The position numbers and the translations under genes are program-made. A stretch of DNA of 64,000 nucleotides from Spirochaetota bacterium (GTDB taxonomy: Bacteria > Spirochaetota > UBA4802 > UBA5550): contig CAXXHB010000003.1 in NCBI GenBank assembly GCA_963664815.2, positions 128,001 to 192,000 of the forward strand. The letters are read 5' to 3'. Positions 1-9,522 of the stretch are shown in pieces. The notes beneath the pieces were generated by a model that was not told the DNA's origin, searched no databases, and saw only the letters and a program-made list of their open reading frames with translations. Position 1 is the first letter of the stretch. The number at the start of each line of letters is the position of its first letter.

Positions 1-1997
1 TAGTATTCCAGGGGAGAGCCTCTGAAAAAATTGCCGCTTCCAGGGATTTAATTGAGGCGGATAAATATATAAGATCACTTAACCTTTATCCTGATATTGA
101 AAGACAGAAAATGCTAATTGACAGGGATGTCCGTGAATGTACTGAGTTTTATGCAGCGGGGGTAAACAGATATATAGAAGAGGGTGGTACGCTTTTTGAA
201 TTTAAACTTCTGAAATGCGAACCTGAACTATGGAAGATTGAAGATACTATGATGCTGGCAAAGGTTTTTGCCTATTTCGGACTGATCGATGTCCAAGGGA
301 ACATGGAAAAGCTTATTGTTCAGATGGTACAAAACGGAATGGACGGGATGAAAATACGAGAACTTTTCCCATCCATTACTGAAACAATAGATGTGGAACT
401 TTTAAAAAAGGTTAAACTCTCCCCTCCGGTTGTTCCAGGCGCGGCAAAGTGGCTTGCAAATATACCAAGGTTTACCGGGAGCAACAACTGGGCTGTTTCC
501 GGAAGACTCACTGAAAGCGGAATGCCCATACTCTGCGGTGATCCGCATCTTGAAGTTAACAGAATGCCGGCAATCTGGCATGAAGTAGTTATCAGACTGC
601 CGGAAGATACAATTGCCGGATTCACTGTCCCCGGAGCTCCTGCCGTATTGGTCGGAAGAAACAGAAATCTCGCTTTCTCTCCGACCTATACATTTATGGA
701 CATGATAGATTTCCGTATTGAGGAGTGCCGTAATGGCAGATACAGACGCGGTAACAGATGGCACCTTTTTGATCTGAAACAGGATATAATAAAAACAAAA
801 AAAGGGGAAGAGATAAAGGTTGATATTTATGAAAACGAGTTCGGAATACTTGAGGGAGATCCCTGGACAGACGGATTTTATCTTATACGGTCATGGTCGG
901 CAGGGAGAGATTGCGGGGCGGGTGAACTTAATGTTTTTTTCAATCTGATGAAGGCTAAAACTGTAAGGGAGGCCATGAAACATTATCGTGACCTTGATGC
1001 TTCATCTTTTAATTTTGTAATGGCCGATACCGGAAAGAATATAGGTTACCAGATGAGCGGCAGAATGTTTAACCGTCCAGATGGCGTCAGCGGACTTATA
1101 CCTCTTCCGGCGTGGGAGAGCAGGTATAATAACCGAGGATATGTGTCTAAGAACAGGCTCCCGTCACTCTATAATCCTATCAATGGGGTAATTGTAACGG
1201 CCAACCAGGATCTCAATCATCTTGGGACATCCAGCCCGATAAATCTTCCTATGGCGACCTACAGGGCAGAGAGAATTGAACAGCTTCTGAAAAAGAGGAA
1301 GAAACTCGGAACTGAATATATGAAAGAGATTCACTATGATCTCTACTCAATTCAGGCTGAGAGGATAATAAGTATACTGCTTCCATATCTCCCTGATACA
1401 AAAAAGGGGAGGATATTAAAAACGTGGGATTTCAGGTATACACAGGATTCTGTCGGCGCTGCATTGTTTGAAAACATCTACAGATCTATGATAGAAGCAG
1501 TTTTCGGAGACAACGGTTTCGGGAGAGATACGGTGAATTACCTATTCTCTGAAACAAGTATCTTCAACGATTACTATGGGAATTTTGACAACATTCTTCT
1601 TAATAAAAAATCATGCTGGTTTAAAAACATTTCCCGTGAGGATATTTTAAAAAGGGCAATCCGCGAAGGTTTAAAAAAGAAATCAGCTCCCTACGGGAAA
1701 AAAAGGAAAATTTTCTTTAAACATCTTCTGTTTGCCGGTAGAATACCTTCATTTATTGGACTTGACTACGGTCCGGTTACTCTTCCCGGAGGGAGGGCGA
1801 CTGTAGTCCAGGGGCAGATATTCAGATCAGCCGGACGTGAAACAACATTCAGCCCCTCATGCAGAATAATTGCCGATATGGCGGATGGATATCTGCTGAC
1901 GAATACCACCGGGGGCAATTGTGATCGTCCATTTACAAAGTGGTATAAGAATAATTTCAACGACTGGTTAAACGGAATATATAAAAAACTGTCATGA
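1..1997 (+). CDS. Penicillin acylase family Ntn-hydrolase (5' end lies before the window)
   Basis: G|SNNWAVSG autocleavage nucleophile motif (Ser codon at 480), DPHL, ANQD; frame is open from position 3 (VFQGRASEK...), so the true start is upstream of the window. Confidence 0.9.
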   Translation, partial: VFQGRASEKIAASRDLIEADKYIRSLNLYPDIERQKMLIDRDVRECTEFYAAGVNRYIEEGGTLFEFKLLKCEPELWKIEDTMMLAKVFAYFGLIDVQGNMEKLIVQMVQNGMDGMKIRELFPSITETIDVELLKKVKLSPPVVPGAAKWLANIPRFTGSNNWAVSGRLTESGMPILCGDPHLEVNRMPAIWHEVVIRLPEDTIAGFTVPGAPAVLVGRNRNLAFSPTYTFMDMIDFRIEECRNGRYRRGNRWHLFDLKQDIIKTKKGEEIKVDIYENEFGILEGDPWTDGFYLIRSWSAGRDCGAGELNVFFNLMKAKTVREAMKHYRDLDASSFNFVMADTGKNIGYQMSGRMFNRPDGVSGLIPLPAWESRYNNRGYVSKNRLPSLYNPINGVIVTANQDLNHLGTSSPINLPMATYRAERIEQLLKKRKKLGTEYMKEIHYDLYSIQAERIISILLPYLPDTKKGRILKTWDFRYTQDSVGAALFENIYRSMIEAVFGDNGFGRDTVNYLFSETSIFNDYYGNFDNILLNKKSCWFKNISREDILKRAIREGLKKKSAPYGKKRKIFFKHLLFAGRIPSFIGLDYGPVTLPGGRATVVQGQIFRSAGRETTFSPSCRIIADMADGYLLTNTTGGNCDRPFTKWYKNNFNDWLNGIYKKLS

Positions 1998-2004
1998 TTT
2001 ATTC

Positions 2005-2032
2005 TTGACAGTATCAGTAAAAATGTTATTAT
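2005..2032 (+). promoter_or_regulatory. Sigma70-type promoter TTGACA-N16-TATTAT (extended -10 TG)
   Basis: TTGACA 2005-2010, TG 2024-2025, TATTAT 2027-2032. Confidence 0.6.
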
Positions 2033-2192
2033 AAAGAATATCATTGCTTATGAAAAAGTATATCCTGTGATTGTGTTATTGCTTCAAGGTAATCACTTTT
2101 ACAGGATTTTAGAGAGTAAATGGGGCGGGGCGGTGTAAATTAACATTAATAATCCCCCCTGCAGGTGTAAAACTGAATTTTGAGGAGGGTTT

Positions 2193-2480
2193 ATGCGTTT
2201 CTGGAATTTATTACTTGTACTGGCCATTACACTTTCATTGGCGGCAGGCTGCGGTTCAAAAAATAAGGCTATGTCTGTTGAGGATTATGTAAAGATAGAG
2301 AGTGAAATAGAAATACCCGATCCTGAGCTTGATCCTGCGAGGGTGGAGACAATTACATCAAAATACGGATTTACATATAATCAGTATAAAGAATTCTATG
2401 ATAAAGTCAGAAAAGATCCTGAACTTCAGGAAAAGCTTGGAGAAGTTACCCTGAAGAAACAGAAATCCGGAGGGAAATAA
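2193..2480 (+). CDS. Small lipoprotein, unknown function
   Basis: Hydrophobic signal ending in lipobox LAAG-C; strong SD AGGAGG at 2183. Confidence 0.8.
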   Translation: MRFWNLLLVLAITLSLAAGCGSKNKAMSVEDYVKIESEIEIPDPELDPARVETITSKYGFTYNQYKEFYDKVRKDPELQEKLGEVTLKKQKSGGK

Positions 2481-2488
2481 ATAAGGGA

Positions 2489-2965
2489 TTATTCCTTCCT
2501 TATTTTTCTGTGCTCAAATATCCATTCCCTGTCTGTTGAAGCATAAATAATTCCGTAGCTTCCATCAGACAGGTTTCCCGGATTAAAGAGGAGAGGGTTC
2601 CCTTCCCTGATAAGCTGTTCGTGTGTATGTCCGAAAAGGACAACTCCGGCATCATGGTTTTTTGCTTCCTTCATCAGGTGTCTGAGGCTGTTTTTAACCT
2701 CAAATTGATGTCCGTGGGTGATCATTACTGTCCGGCCTGAAATCTCTTCTTTTAAAATATCTTCCGCATCGCAGCCTGAATAGAAATCTGTGTTTCCAAG
2801 TACCATCATTACATCGCTGTTTCCGGGAATTTCCGCCGAGCATATATCCTTTATGCCATCGCCGCAATGAATTATTATGTCAAAAGGGTAACATATGTCA
2901 ATGACCCGGTTGAGCATCTCCCTGTTTCCGTGAGTATCCGAAATGACTAAAATAGTTTTACCCAC
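2489..2965 (-). CDS. YfcE/MJ0936-family metallophosphoesterase
   Basis: SDTHGN, HCGD, GNTD, THGH, FGHTH and NPG metal-binding motifs. Confidence 0.9.
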   Translation of the reverse strand: MGKTILVISDTHGNREMLNRVIDICYPFDIIIHCGDGIKDICSAEIPGNSDVMMVLGNTDFYSGCDAEDILKEEISGRTVMITHGHQFEVKNSLRHLMKEAKNHDAGVVLFGHTHEQLIREGNPLLFNPGNLSDGSYGIIYASTDREWIFEHRKIRKE

Positions 2966-4065
2966 TATTTCTTCCTTATTATCATGGCAGTGCAGTCATC
3001 TGATCTTATGAATTTCTCATTGGAAATATCCGCAATGAGTTCATTGAACGAGTCGCGGCCGTTAAATTCGCCGGTTCCGAGCTTATTAATAAACCTGCTG
3101 AGTTCAACCTGGTGAAATTCATCGTCTATTATATCAAGAAGGCCGTCAGTGTAGATAAAAAGAATCTGGTTTTTATCGAGAACGGCGTTATATGTTGTAT
3201 ACTTCACATTATTGATGGGGCCGAGAAAGGGATCATTTTCACCGATTTCCGTTACTTTTTCTTTCCCGATAATATAAGGCTTGGGATGACCGGCATTTGA
3301 ATACTTTATCTCCCCGCTTTTACAGTCAATAAGGCAGCAGAACATAGTAACAAAAGATTCAACCGGGAGATTGGCTGAGAGTTCCTGGTTAACTATGGTC
3401 ATGATAGTGCCCGGATCCTCCGATGTCTTTATTGCGTTGCGGAAAACCATCTTTACAATTGCTGTAAACATTGAAGCTGAGATACTGTGACCCGAAACAT
3501 CGGCCACAAAAATCAGAATACTGTCGTTGCGGAAATGAATGTAATCATAAAGATCACCGCCGATATCAGAAAGGGGGAGATTCCATGTATAGATATCAAT
3601 ATCTTCCGAAATGAAGTCAGGCTCGGGGAAAATATACTTCTGCAGCTTTTTTGCCATAAAGAGTTCAACTTTCATAAACTCATTGAAATCAAGGATTTCA
3701 CCGATTTTAATGCCGTTTTCAATCCTTTTAAGCATAACCTCCGTCTGTTCAGGTTTAGTAATAAAATCGTAAGCGCCAAGCCTGTAACTTTCTATTCTTA
3801 AATCCGCATCGTGATATCCCGAAACCATAAGTACCGGTTTATTTGTCAGCTTAAATTTTCTTATATGGCGGAGCACGTCTATTCCGTTCATGTTGGGCAT
3901 GTGCATATCGAGTATGATCAGGTCAACGTAGAGAGATTCAAGCATTTCTATCGCTTCTTTCCCGTCAGAAGCGGTAAAAACAGAATAACCGGAACGGAGC
4001 AGGATTTTTTTCATGAAATCTTTTACAGGCGCTTCATCATCAATAAGAAGTATTCTTTTTTTCAT
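2965..4065 (-). CDS. Response regulator receiver fused to SpoIIE/RsbU-like PP2C phosphatase
   Basis: N-terminal REC (LIDDE, LDMHMP, KP); GGDLYD, ADVSGH, NAGHP, YTDGL and DDCT PP2C motifs. Confidence 0.9.
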   Translation of the reverse strand: MKKRILLIDDEAPVKDFMKKILLRSGYSVFTASDGKEAIEMLESLYVDLIILDMHMPNMNGIDVLRHIRKFKLTNKPVLMVSGYHDADLRIESYRLGAYDFITKPEQTEVMLKRIENGIKIGEILDFNEFMKVELFMAKKLQKYIFPEPDFISEDIDIYTWNLPLSDIGGDLYDYIHFRNDSILIFVADVSGHSISASMFTAIVKMVFRNAIKTSEDPGTIMTIVNQELSANLPVESFVTMFCCLIDCKSGEIKYSNAGHPKPYIIGKEKVTEIGENDPFLGPINNVKYTTYNAVLDKNQILFIYTDGLLDIIDDEFHQVELSRFINKLGTGEFNGRDSFNELIADISNEKFIRSDDCTAMIIRKK

Positions 4066-4269
4066 TATGAGATTTTATATCCGGTATATTATTTATATAA
4101 TTATAATGAATATTATAATTAAAAGTCAAATATAAATTTGAACTTATCGTGTCTGTGAAAATCAGGGATTATAAACAGTGGTGTTAATGTTTTTTTAAAC
4201 CACCTGAATTTTTTTATTCACGGTTTCTGAAGGTAGAAACAGGATGTGGATGGTTTTAAAAGAGGGATG

Positions 4270-4794
4270 TCAGTTAAACATACTTCCACAGGCCGGGCAT
4301 TTCCCGGTTTCACCTTTATAAATTACCTGGGAAAGAGAAGCGCCGCAGTTAGGGCAGAATGAGATCTTTTTTATCTCATTGAGTGATTCAGAGATGAAGA
4401 ATTCTCCTGTAGTTCTGTCCATGTTGCCGTTTACAAGATGGAGTTCTATGGCTGTATTTAAAAGTTTTTCAGCTTCAATTTCGTTTAAACTGAATTTTTT
4501 CGCTATTTCAGCAATGCTGATTCTGCGGTATGTCCTGATAAGTGTGGCCAGTTGTTTAAGGGTCTCTTCCAGTTTCGTAAGTTTTACGCCTGACATGTAA
4601 AGCCTTATACCTGGAATAATTATGGCGAATGAAAAAACACCTACAATTATTCCCATATTTATATCTTCTTTTTTACCTGTTTGAATGCCGGAGACATAGC
4701 CGAAGATAGCTATTATAAGCAGCAAAGCCCCTGCTATTGCTATAATTATGCCGGTTGTCTTTTTTAAGGTGTCTTTAAAAAAAAATAATTTCAT
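4270..4794 (-). CDS. Two-TM protein with PCI-like winged helix and C-terminal zinc ribbon
   Basis: Two hydrophobic helices; YRRISIAEIAKKFSLNEIEAEKLLNTAIELHLVNGNMDRTTGEF; CPNCG...CPACG. Confidence 0.75.
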   Translation of the reverse strand: MKLFFFKDTLKKTTGIIIAIAGALLLIIAIFGYVSGIQTGKKEDINMGIIVGVFSFAIIIPGIRLYMSGVKLTKLEETLKQLATLIRTYRRISIAEIAKKFSLNEIEAEKLLNTAIELHLVNGNMDRTTGEFFISESLNEIKKISFCPNCGASLSQVIYKGETGKCPACGSMFN

Positions 4795-4811
4795 CTGGAA
4801 AGTCCCTCATT

Positions 4812-5243
4812 TTATTCGGATGCTTTAAATGTTTTCCTTTCAATAATATATGCTGTAAAACCGGCCAATGAAACAAGAAGGAGAAAAAAAGCGGTTTTTA
4901 TCCCGAGTAGGGATCCTGATTCCCTTCTTTTTAAAACAAGTTCAAGGTATATCCGTTCATCCGGCCTGAGTTCCATGGTATTAAAAATTTTATTGTCGAA
5001 ATATCTCAGGGAGTTTTTAACAGCCATCCCGTCAGAATCCCAGTATTTGTAACCGCCGAAAATCTGCGGTTCCCTTAGTAAAATGTATCCCTCTTTCATT
5101 GTGGCGACAGATGAAACAAGAGCTTTCGCCTTTGGCTCAATTACAAACCTGGAGTAGAGAGATACGCCGCCGATAAGCAGAGCAATGATAATCGATGAAA
5201 TTATAAGTGCAAGATATATTTTAGTGTCGTTTATACTTTTCAT
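4812..5243 (-). CDS. Hypothetical membrane protein (N- and C-terminal TM helices)
   Basis: 143-aa ORF with two hydrophobic segments; shares base 5243 with the upstream gene. Confidence 0.75.
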   Translation of the reverse strand: MKSINDTKIYLALIISSIIIALLIGGVSLYSRFVIEPKAKALVSSVATMKEGYILLREPQIFGGYKYWDSDGMAVKNSLRYFDNKIFNTMELRPDERIYLELVLKRRESGSLLGIKTAFFLLLVSLAGFTAYIIERKTFKASE

Positions 5244-5728
5244 TATTTGATTTTACTCCGTAAAAGTTCAATTATATCCATTTTTTCGAGGGTAAGTTTT
5301 TTTAATACGATGTTTTTATCTTCAATAAACCTGTTCCCCTGCTCCTCTCCGGATTCAATCTGTTCTTTTTTAATCGATAAAAGCTCAAAAAGAGGAGAGC
5401 ATTGGTCCGGGTTGAGTTCAATTTTTTCTTCAATAATACCGGTTTCAAATGGCAGAATGGCTTCAGATTTAAAGGGGATGGAGAGAATAACTGCGCCTGA
5501 ATTATTCAGTATTTCGATTAGTCCCCCAACATTTACAAATGCAGTGCTGTCATTCTCGTTTTTCAGCCCGCAGTTGAAAAAAACAACAAACTTTTTTTCA
5601 TTTCCCTTTTCTTCCACTCCGATTTTTACAGATGGAGAAAGAGGTATTTCGGGTCTTTTTACACATGCAGTCAATGCAATCAACAGGGAGAGGGAAAAAA
5701 TGAGTTCTTTTTTCAGAAATTTTAACAT
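5243..5728 (-). CDS. Hypothetical lipoprotein
   Basis: Basic N-terminus, hydrophobic core, lipobox LTA-C. Confidence 0.7.
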   Translation of the reverse strand: MLKFLKKELIFSLSLLIALTACVKRPEIPLSPSVKIGVEEKGNEKKFVVFFNCGLKNENDSTAFVNVGGLIEILNNSGAVILSIPFKSEAILPFETGIIEEKIELNPDQCSPLFELLSIKKEQIESGEEQGNRFIEDKNIVLKKLTLEKMDIIELLRSKIK

Positions 5729-6122
5729 TAATCAGCGCTCCGGATATCTTTATACAGAATTGATGCATATCCGTTATTATAAAGTCAAGAAAAATAACAG
5801 GATTCATTATTATATGGGGGTGTATATTGTCTGAACACGATTTTGTGATTACGGGATTGTCATGATTATGCCGTAGTGTCACATGTAGTATTCTGATGCA
5901 GAATCTTGAGTTCATCAGTTCAAATAATAAATATAATAAATCATACATCCGGACAAAAATTTATCACAAACAGCAGAGTGGACATCCTGTAAATCATTGA
6001 AATTGATAAATTGTGTTAAAATTTTACCAGTTATTATACGGTAAAGCTTATAAATCCTTATTGCATTAAGTTGATATATCCGCATTTGAATAAAAAAATG
6101 GGTTAGATGTCGTAAAAAATTA

Positions 6123-6150
6123 TTGACAAAAGCGATTGGCGTTATAGCAT
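6123..6150 (+). promoter_or_regulatory. Sigma70-type promoter TTGACA-N16-TAGCAT
   Basis: TTGACA 6123-6128, TAGCAT 6145-6150, upstream of SD AGGAG and ATG 6200. Confidence 0.6.
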
Positions 6151-6199
6151 TAAGAATACAGTTTTTTAAGCTGAAAAATTAAAAAAATAGGAGAGCACA

Positions 6200-7603
6200 A
6201 TGAAAAGACTTTTATTAGTTCTATTATTTGTTGTTGGTGTTTCAACGGCATATGCTGCTGAATTGAAACTCAGCGGAGATGCTATGGTCCGTGGTAATTA
6301 CAACAGCACAAAAACAGATGAATCAGGTGCAGCAAGATATTCTTCCGGATATTTTGATTATGATTTCAACATTTTCGGTGATATCGTTCTCAACGAAAAT
6401 GCAACAATCAAAACAAAACTAACATATGACAAAGATGTTAAAGGCTCAGGTAAAGTTGCTGACAGTGCATCAGATTCCAATCTTACGGTTGAAAGAATGT
6501 ATATTAACTATAAATTCCATCCTGCACTACAGTTAAACACAGGCCTTATGGGTGGCGGACAGTGGGCAACTACTTTCGGCGACACAGAAATAAACGTAAT
6601 GAGAGTTCAGGCTGTTGGTGCTCTTTCTGAAGATCTGGTTTTCCTTTTCACATATGAAAAACAAGATGATCAGGGTGGAAAATATTCATCAGTTCATAAA
6701 GCTGACAGAGATGATACAACAGTATACTATCTCTGCGGAGTTTTGAAGTTTGCTCCTATAACAGTTAAACCTCTTTTTACTTATGCTCAGAAAGGTATTT
6801 CCGGAAGAACGATTGATGCAGCATATGATTATGATGCATTATGGACTACAACATATTGGGATACATTTACTGGAAGTAATGCAGCTGTTGCTTATGCAAC
6901 TGCAGATGGAACTGTTACTGCAACTCAAGCTGCTTTGTCCGCAATAAAAGAGCATAAAATTACAACCAAAGCTTTTAATCTTGGACTCGATGGTGATTTC
7001 GGAGTGATAGGCTTTACCTCTGAATTTGCATACAAAAAAATTGATACAGACGGCTTTAAGGATGAATCTACAACAGCAGCATCAGTTGCGGCTAAAAAAG
7101 GTATAGCTGATTCAAAAACATACGGTGCATATGTAGATATATTTGCAAAAATTGATCCTGCAAAAGTCGGTTTTGCATTTGCTTACGGTTCATCAGATGA
7201 AAAAGATGGTTCTTACAACTGGGGCGCAGACTTCGATTTTACAACTGTAGTTGACGATCTTTACTGGGGCGCAGATCAGGGTATGGCTGGTATGACAGCA
7301 TATAAACTTTATGCTGAAGCTAAAGCTGACAAACTCACTGTATTTGTAGCCGGTATTTATGGCGCAGCAACAGACAAGAAAGTTGCTAAAATAACTACTC
7401 TTAACACTACAGATCAGACAAAAAATGTTACAGGAAAAGATCTTTCATTCATGGAAGTTGATGCAAGTATAGCTTATGCTTTTGATGCAAACTCAACTTA
7501 TACAGTTGGTGGCGGATATGCAGCTATGACAGATGGTGACGGCACAAAAGATGTCGTAACTGGTGCATACAACGTATACCACAAATTCGCACTTAAGTTC
7601 TAA
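6200..7603 (+). CDS. Probable major outer-membrane beta-barrel / porin
   Basis: SPase I signal peptide (STAYA|AE), alternating amphipathic strands, aromatic girdle residues, C-terminal YHKFALKF; codon use like highly expressed genes; own promoter and terminator. Confidence 0.75.
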   Translation: MKRLLLVLLFVVGVSTAYAAELKLSGDAMVRGNYNSTKTDESGAARYSSGYFDYDFNIFGDIVLNENATIKTKLTYDKDVKGSGKVADSASDSNLTVERMYINYKFHPALQLNTGLMGGGQWATTFGDTEINVMRVQAVGALSEDLVFLFTYEKQDDQGGKYSSVHKADRDDTTVYYLCGVLKFAPITVKPLFTYAQKGISGRTIDAAYDYDALWTTTYWDTFTGSNAAVAYATADGTVTATQAALSAIKEHKITTKAFNLGLDGDFGVIGFTSEFAYKKIDTDGFKDESTTAASVAAKKGIADSKTYGAYVDIFAKIDPAKVGFAFAYGSSDEKDGSYNWGADFDFTTVVDDLYWGADQGMAGMTAYKLYAEAKADKLTVFVAGIYGAATDKKVAKITTLNTTDQTKNVTGKDLSFMEVDASIAYAFDANSTYTVGGGYAAMTDGDGTKDVVTGAYNVYHKFALKF

Positions 7604-7633
7604 GAAATAATAAAAATTTTTAAACTATATAAA

Positions 7634-7664
7634 AGGGGCGCTTGAAGTAAGCGCCTCTTTTTTT
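7634..7664 (+). terminator. Rho-independent terminator after porin gene
   Basis: AGGGGCGCTT-GAAGT-AAGCGCCTCT followed by a T-run. Confidence 0.85.
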
Positions 7665-7819
7665 GTCTGAACATGATTCCGGGATTATGAGATATGTAGA
7701 CTCGTTTTGAATGGTGAGAATCTTTCAATCTTTGTAATCGTGTTTAAATATTTATTATATTTAATATTAACTGATACCGATAATATGATGGATAAACCTG
7801 TTCCGGCAGAAATTTAATA

Positions 7820-9253
7820 ATGAAAAAAAAATATATTGTAATTACATTAACATTCCTCTTTTTAGCGTCTTCGTTATGGGCAGGGTCATTTATTAATATC
7901 AGCAGCATTGATACCAGGACCGATTTCCCACGTGTAAAGCTTAACCTGACGGTAGTTGATCCTGACAGCAGGGGAATAAAGGGCCTCGATGAGGAGAATA
8001 TACTTGTTTATGAAGATGGTTACAGGGTAAATTATGTAAAAGTAAAGGATATATCCTCTTCAACGGATCCGCTTTATCTTGTCTTTGCTATTGATTCAAG
8101 CAAAAGTATCAGTAAAGATTATCTTGAAAGGATAAAGAGAAACGCCGGTGATATTGTCGATTCAGCCGGTGAAAATGACAGGATTGCAGTTATTCGTTTT
8201 AATGATAAAATGAATTTCCTTAACAACTTCACGTCAAACAGGATAGAGCTTGTTAAAAGCATAAAAAGTATCGAGCGGCACGGATCAAACACTGTAATGT
8301 ATGATGCGATTTATGATTCAATCGAATTTCTCAGCCGTATTAAAAGCGGCCGGAAAGGAGTTGTCGTTTTCACGGATGGCAAAGACGAGGGGAGTTCTCT
8401 TTCCGATGATGATATAATCAGGTTTGGAAAAGAGACAGGTGTCCCGGTTTACTTTATGACCTCATCGGCTTGTAAAAATTCAATCCCGCTGAGCCGGATA
8501 GCAAAGCTCACAGGGGGGACACATATATCCTGCGGAGATAAAAATATAACCGGAATATACAGAATAATACTTTCCCGCATTAAAAATATCTATGAAATTT
8601 ATTACCAGTCAATTGTAAAGAGAGACAACGGCAAACATTTACTTGAGGTACGGCTGAAATATGGTGAACTGAAAGACAGGGATACCGCTGAGTTCATTGC
8701 TGAAAGGGATTTTTTCAGGATAGATTTTCCTGACGGATCATATATTATACTCTCGGTTCTGGTAATTCTTTTAATGGTGCTGTTGTTTTTTTTGATGTTT
8801 ATTTTCTTTAAAAAGAGTCGGGAGAGGTATATAAAGATAAAAGAGGAGCAGGGATTTAATCCCGGTATTTATACCGGCGAGATTTCTGTGGAGGATCTTC
8901 AGCCGCGGGAAAGCTTTGATGAGGGCGCCCCCAGGGAGATTCCTGATGTTTTGTATTCACAGGTGTGGCTGCAGCATAAAACCGACCGTGGGACTGGTGA
9001 AAAGTTCCAGATGATTAAGAGTGAAATTACAATAGGCTCCGGAGAGGAAAATGCAATCCAGATTGAAGATGATGATGTTTCCGGCAAGCATTCACGGATA
9101 CGGAGAATTGAAGGTGGTTATTACATTTATGATCTTGTTTCTGACAGTGGAACATTCCTGAACGGAAGAAAGCTTCTCCGTCCAAAACTTCTTCATGACT
9201 GGGATGAGATTACTATCGGGAAAACAATCTTAATCTTCCGAGCTATAAGATAG
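7820..9253 (+). CDS. Signal peptide + VWA domain + TM helix + cytoplasmic FHA domain protein
   Basis: MIDAS DSSKS, T (NTVMYDA), TDG; long hydrophobic helix; FHA-like ITIG...VSGKH...GTFLNG...DEITIG. Confidence 0.85.
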   Translation: MKKKYIVITLTFLFLASSLWAGSFINISSIDTRTDFPRVKLNLTVVDPDSRGIKGLDEENILVYEDGYRVNYVKVKDISSSTDPLYLVFAIDSSKSISKDYLERIKRNAGDIVDSAGENDRIAVIRFNDKMNFLNNFTSNRIELVKSIKSIERHGSNTVMYDAIYDSIEFLSRIKSGRKGVVVFTDGKDEGSSLSDDDIIRFGKETGVPVYFMTSSACKNSIPLSRIAKLTGGTHISCGDKNITGIYRIILSRIKNIYEIYYQSIVKRDNGKHLLEVRLKYGELKDRDTAEFIAERDFFRIDFPDGSYIILSVLVILLMVLLFFLMFIFFKKSRERYIKIKEEQGFNPGIYTGEISVEDLQPRESFDEGAPREIPDVLYSQVWLQHKTDRGTGEKFQMIKSEITIGSGEENAIQIEDDDVSGKHSRIRRIEGGYYIYDLVSDSGTFLNGRKLLRPKLLHDWDEITIGKTILIFRAIR

Positions 9254-9522
9254 AACTTTTTATTTTTTAAACCAGCCATTTTGAACAGCTACGGCATCAA
9301 TTTTTATACGATAACAATTCTGATCATGTTTAATGTAAATATTTTACCTCTATCATTAATGAGACATAAAATTTTATTGACATTTTCATCACTTTTCAGA
9401 CAAAATATTATGTCATATTATAATCTTGAATATTAACTTAATGCAATTATATTTTCAGTCCCTTTAACAGGCTGATTTCTGATTGTTTATCAGATATAAA
9501 CATCTTCTTTAAGGATCGTGCG

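Noticed and set aside
7218-7276. 13-nt direct repeat ACTGGGGCGCAGA in the porin gene
   Set aside because: Only two copies, both encoding WGAD in frame; explained by protein sequence and codon bias
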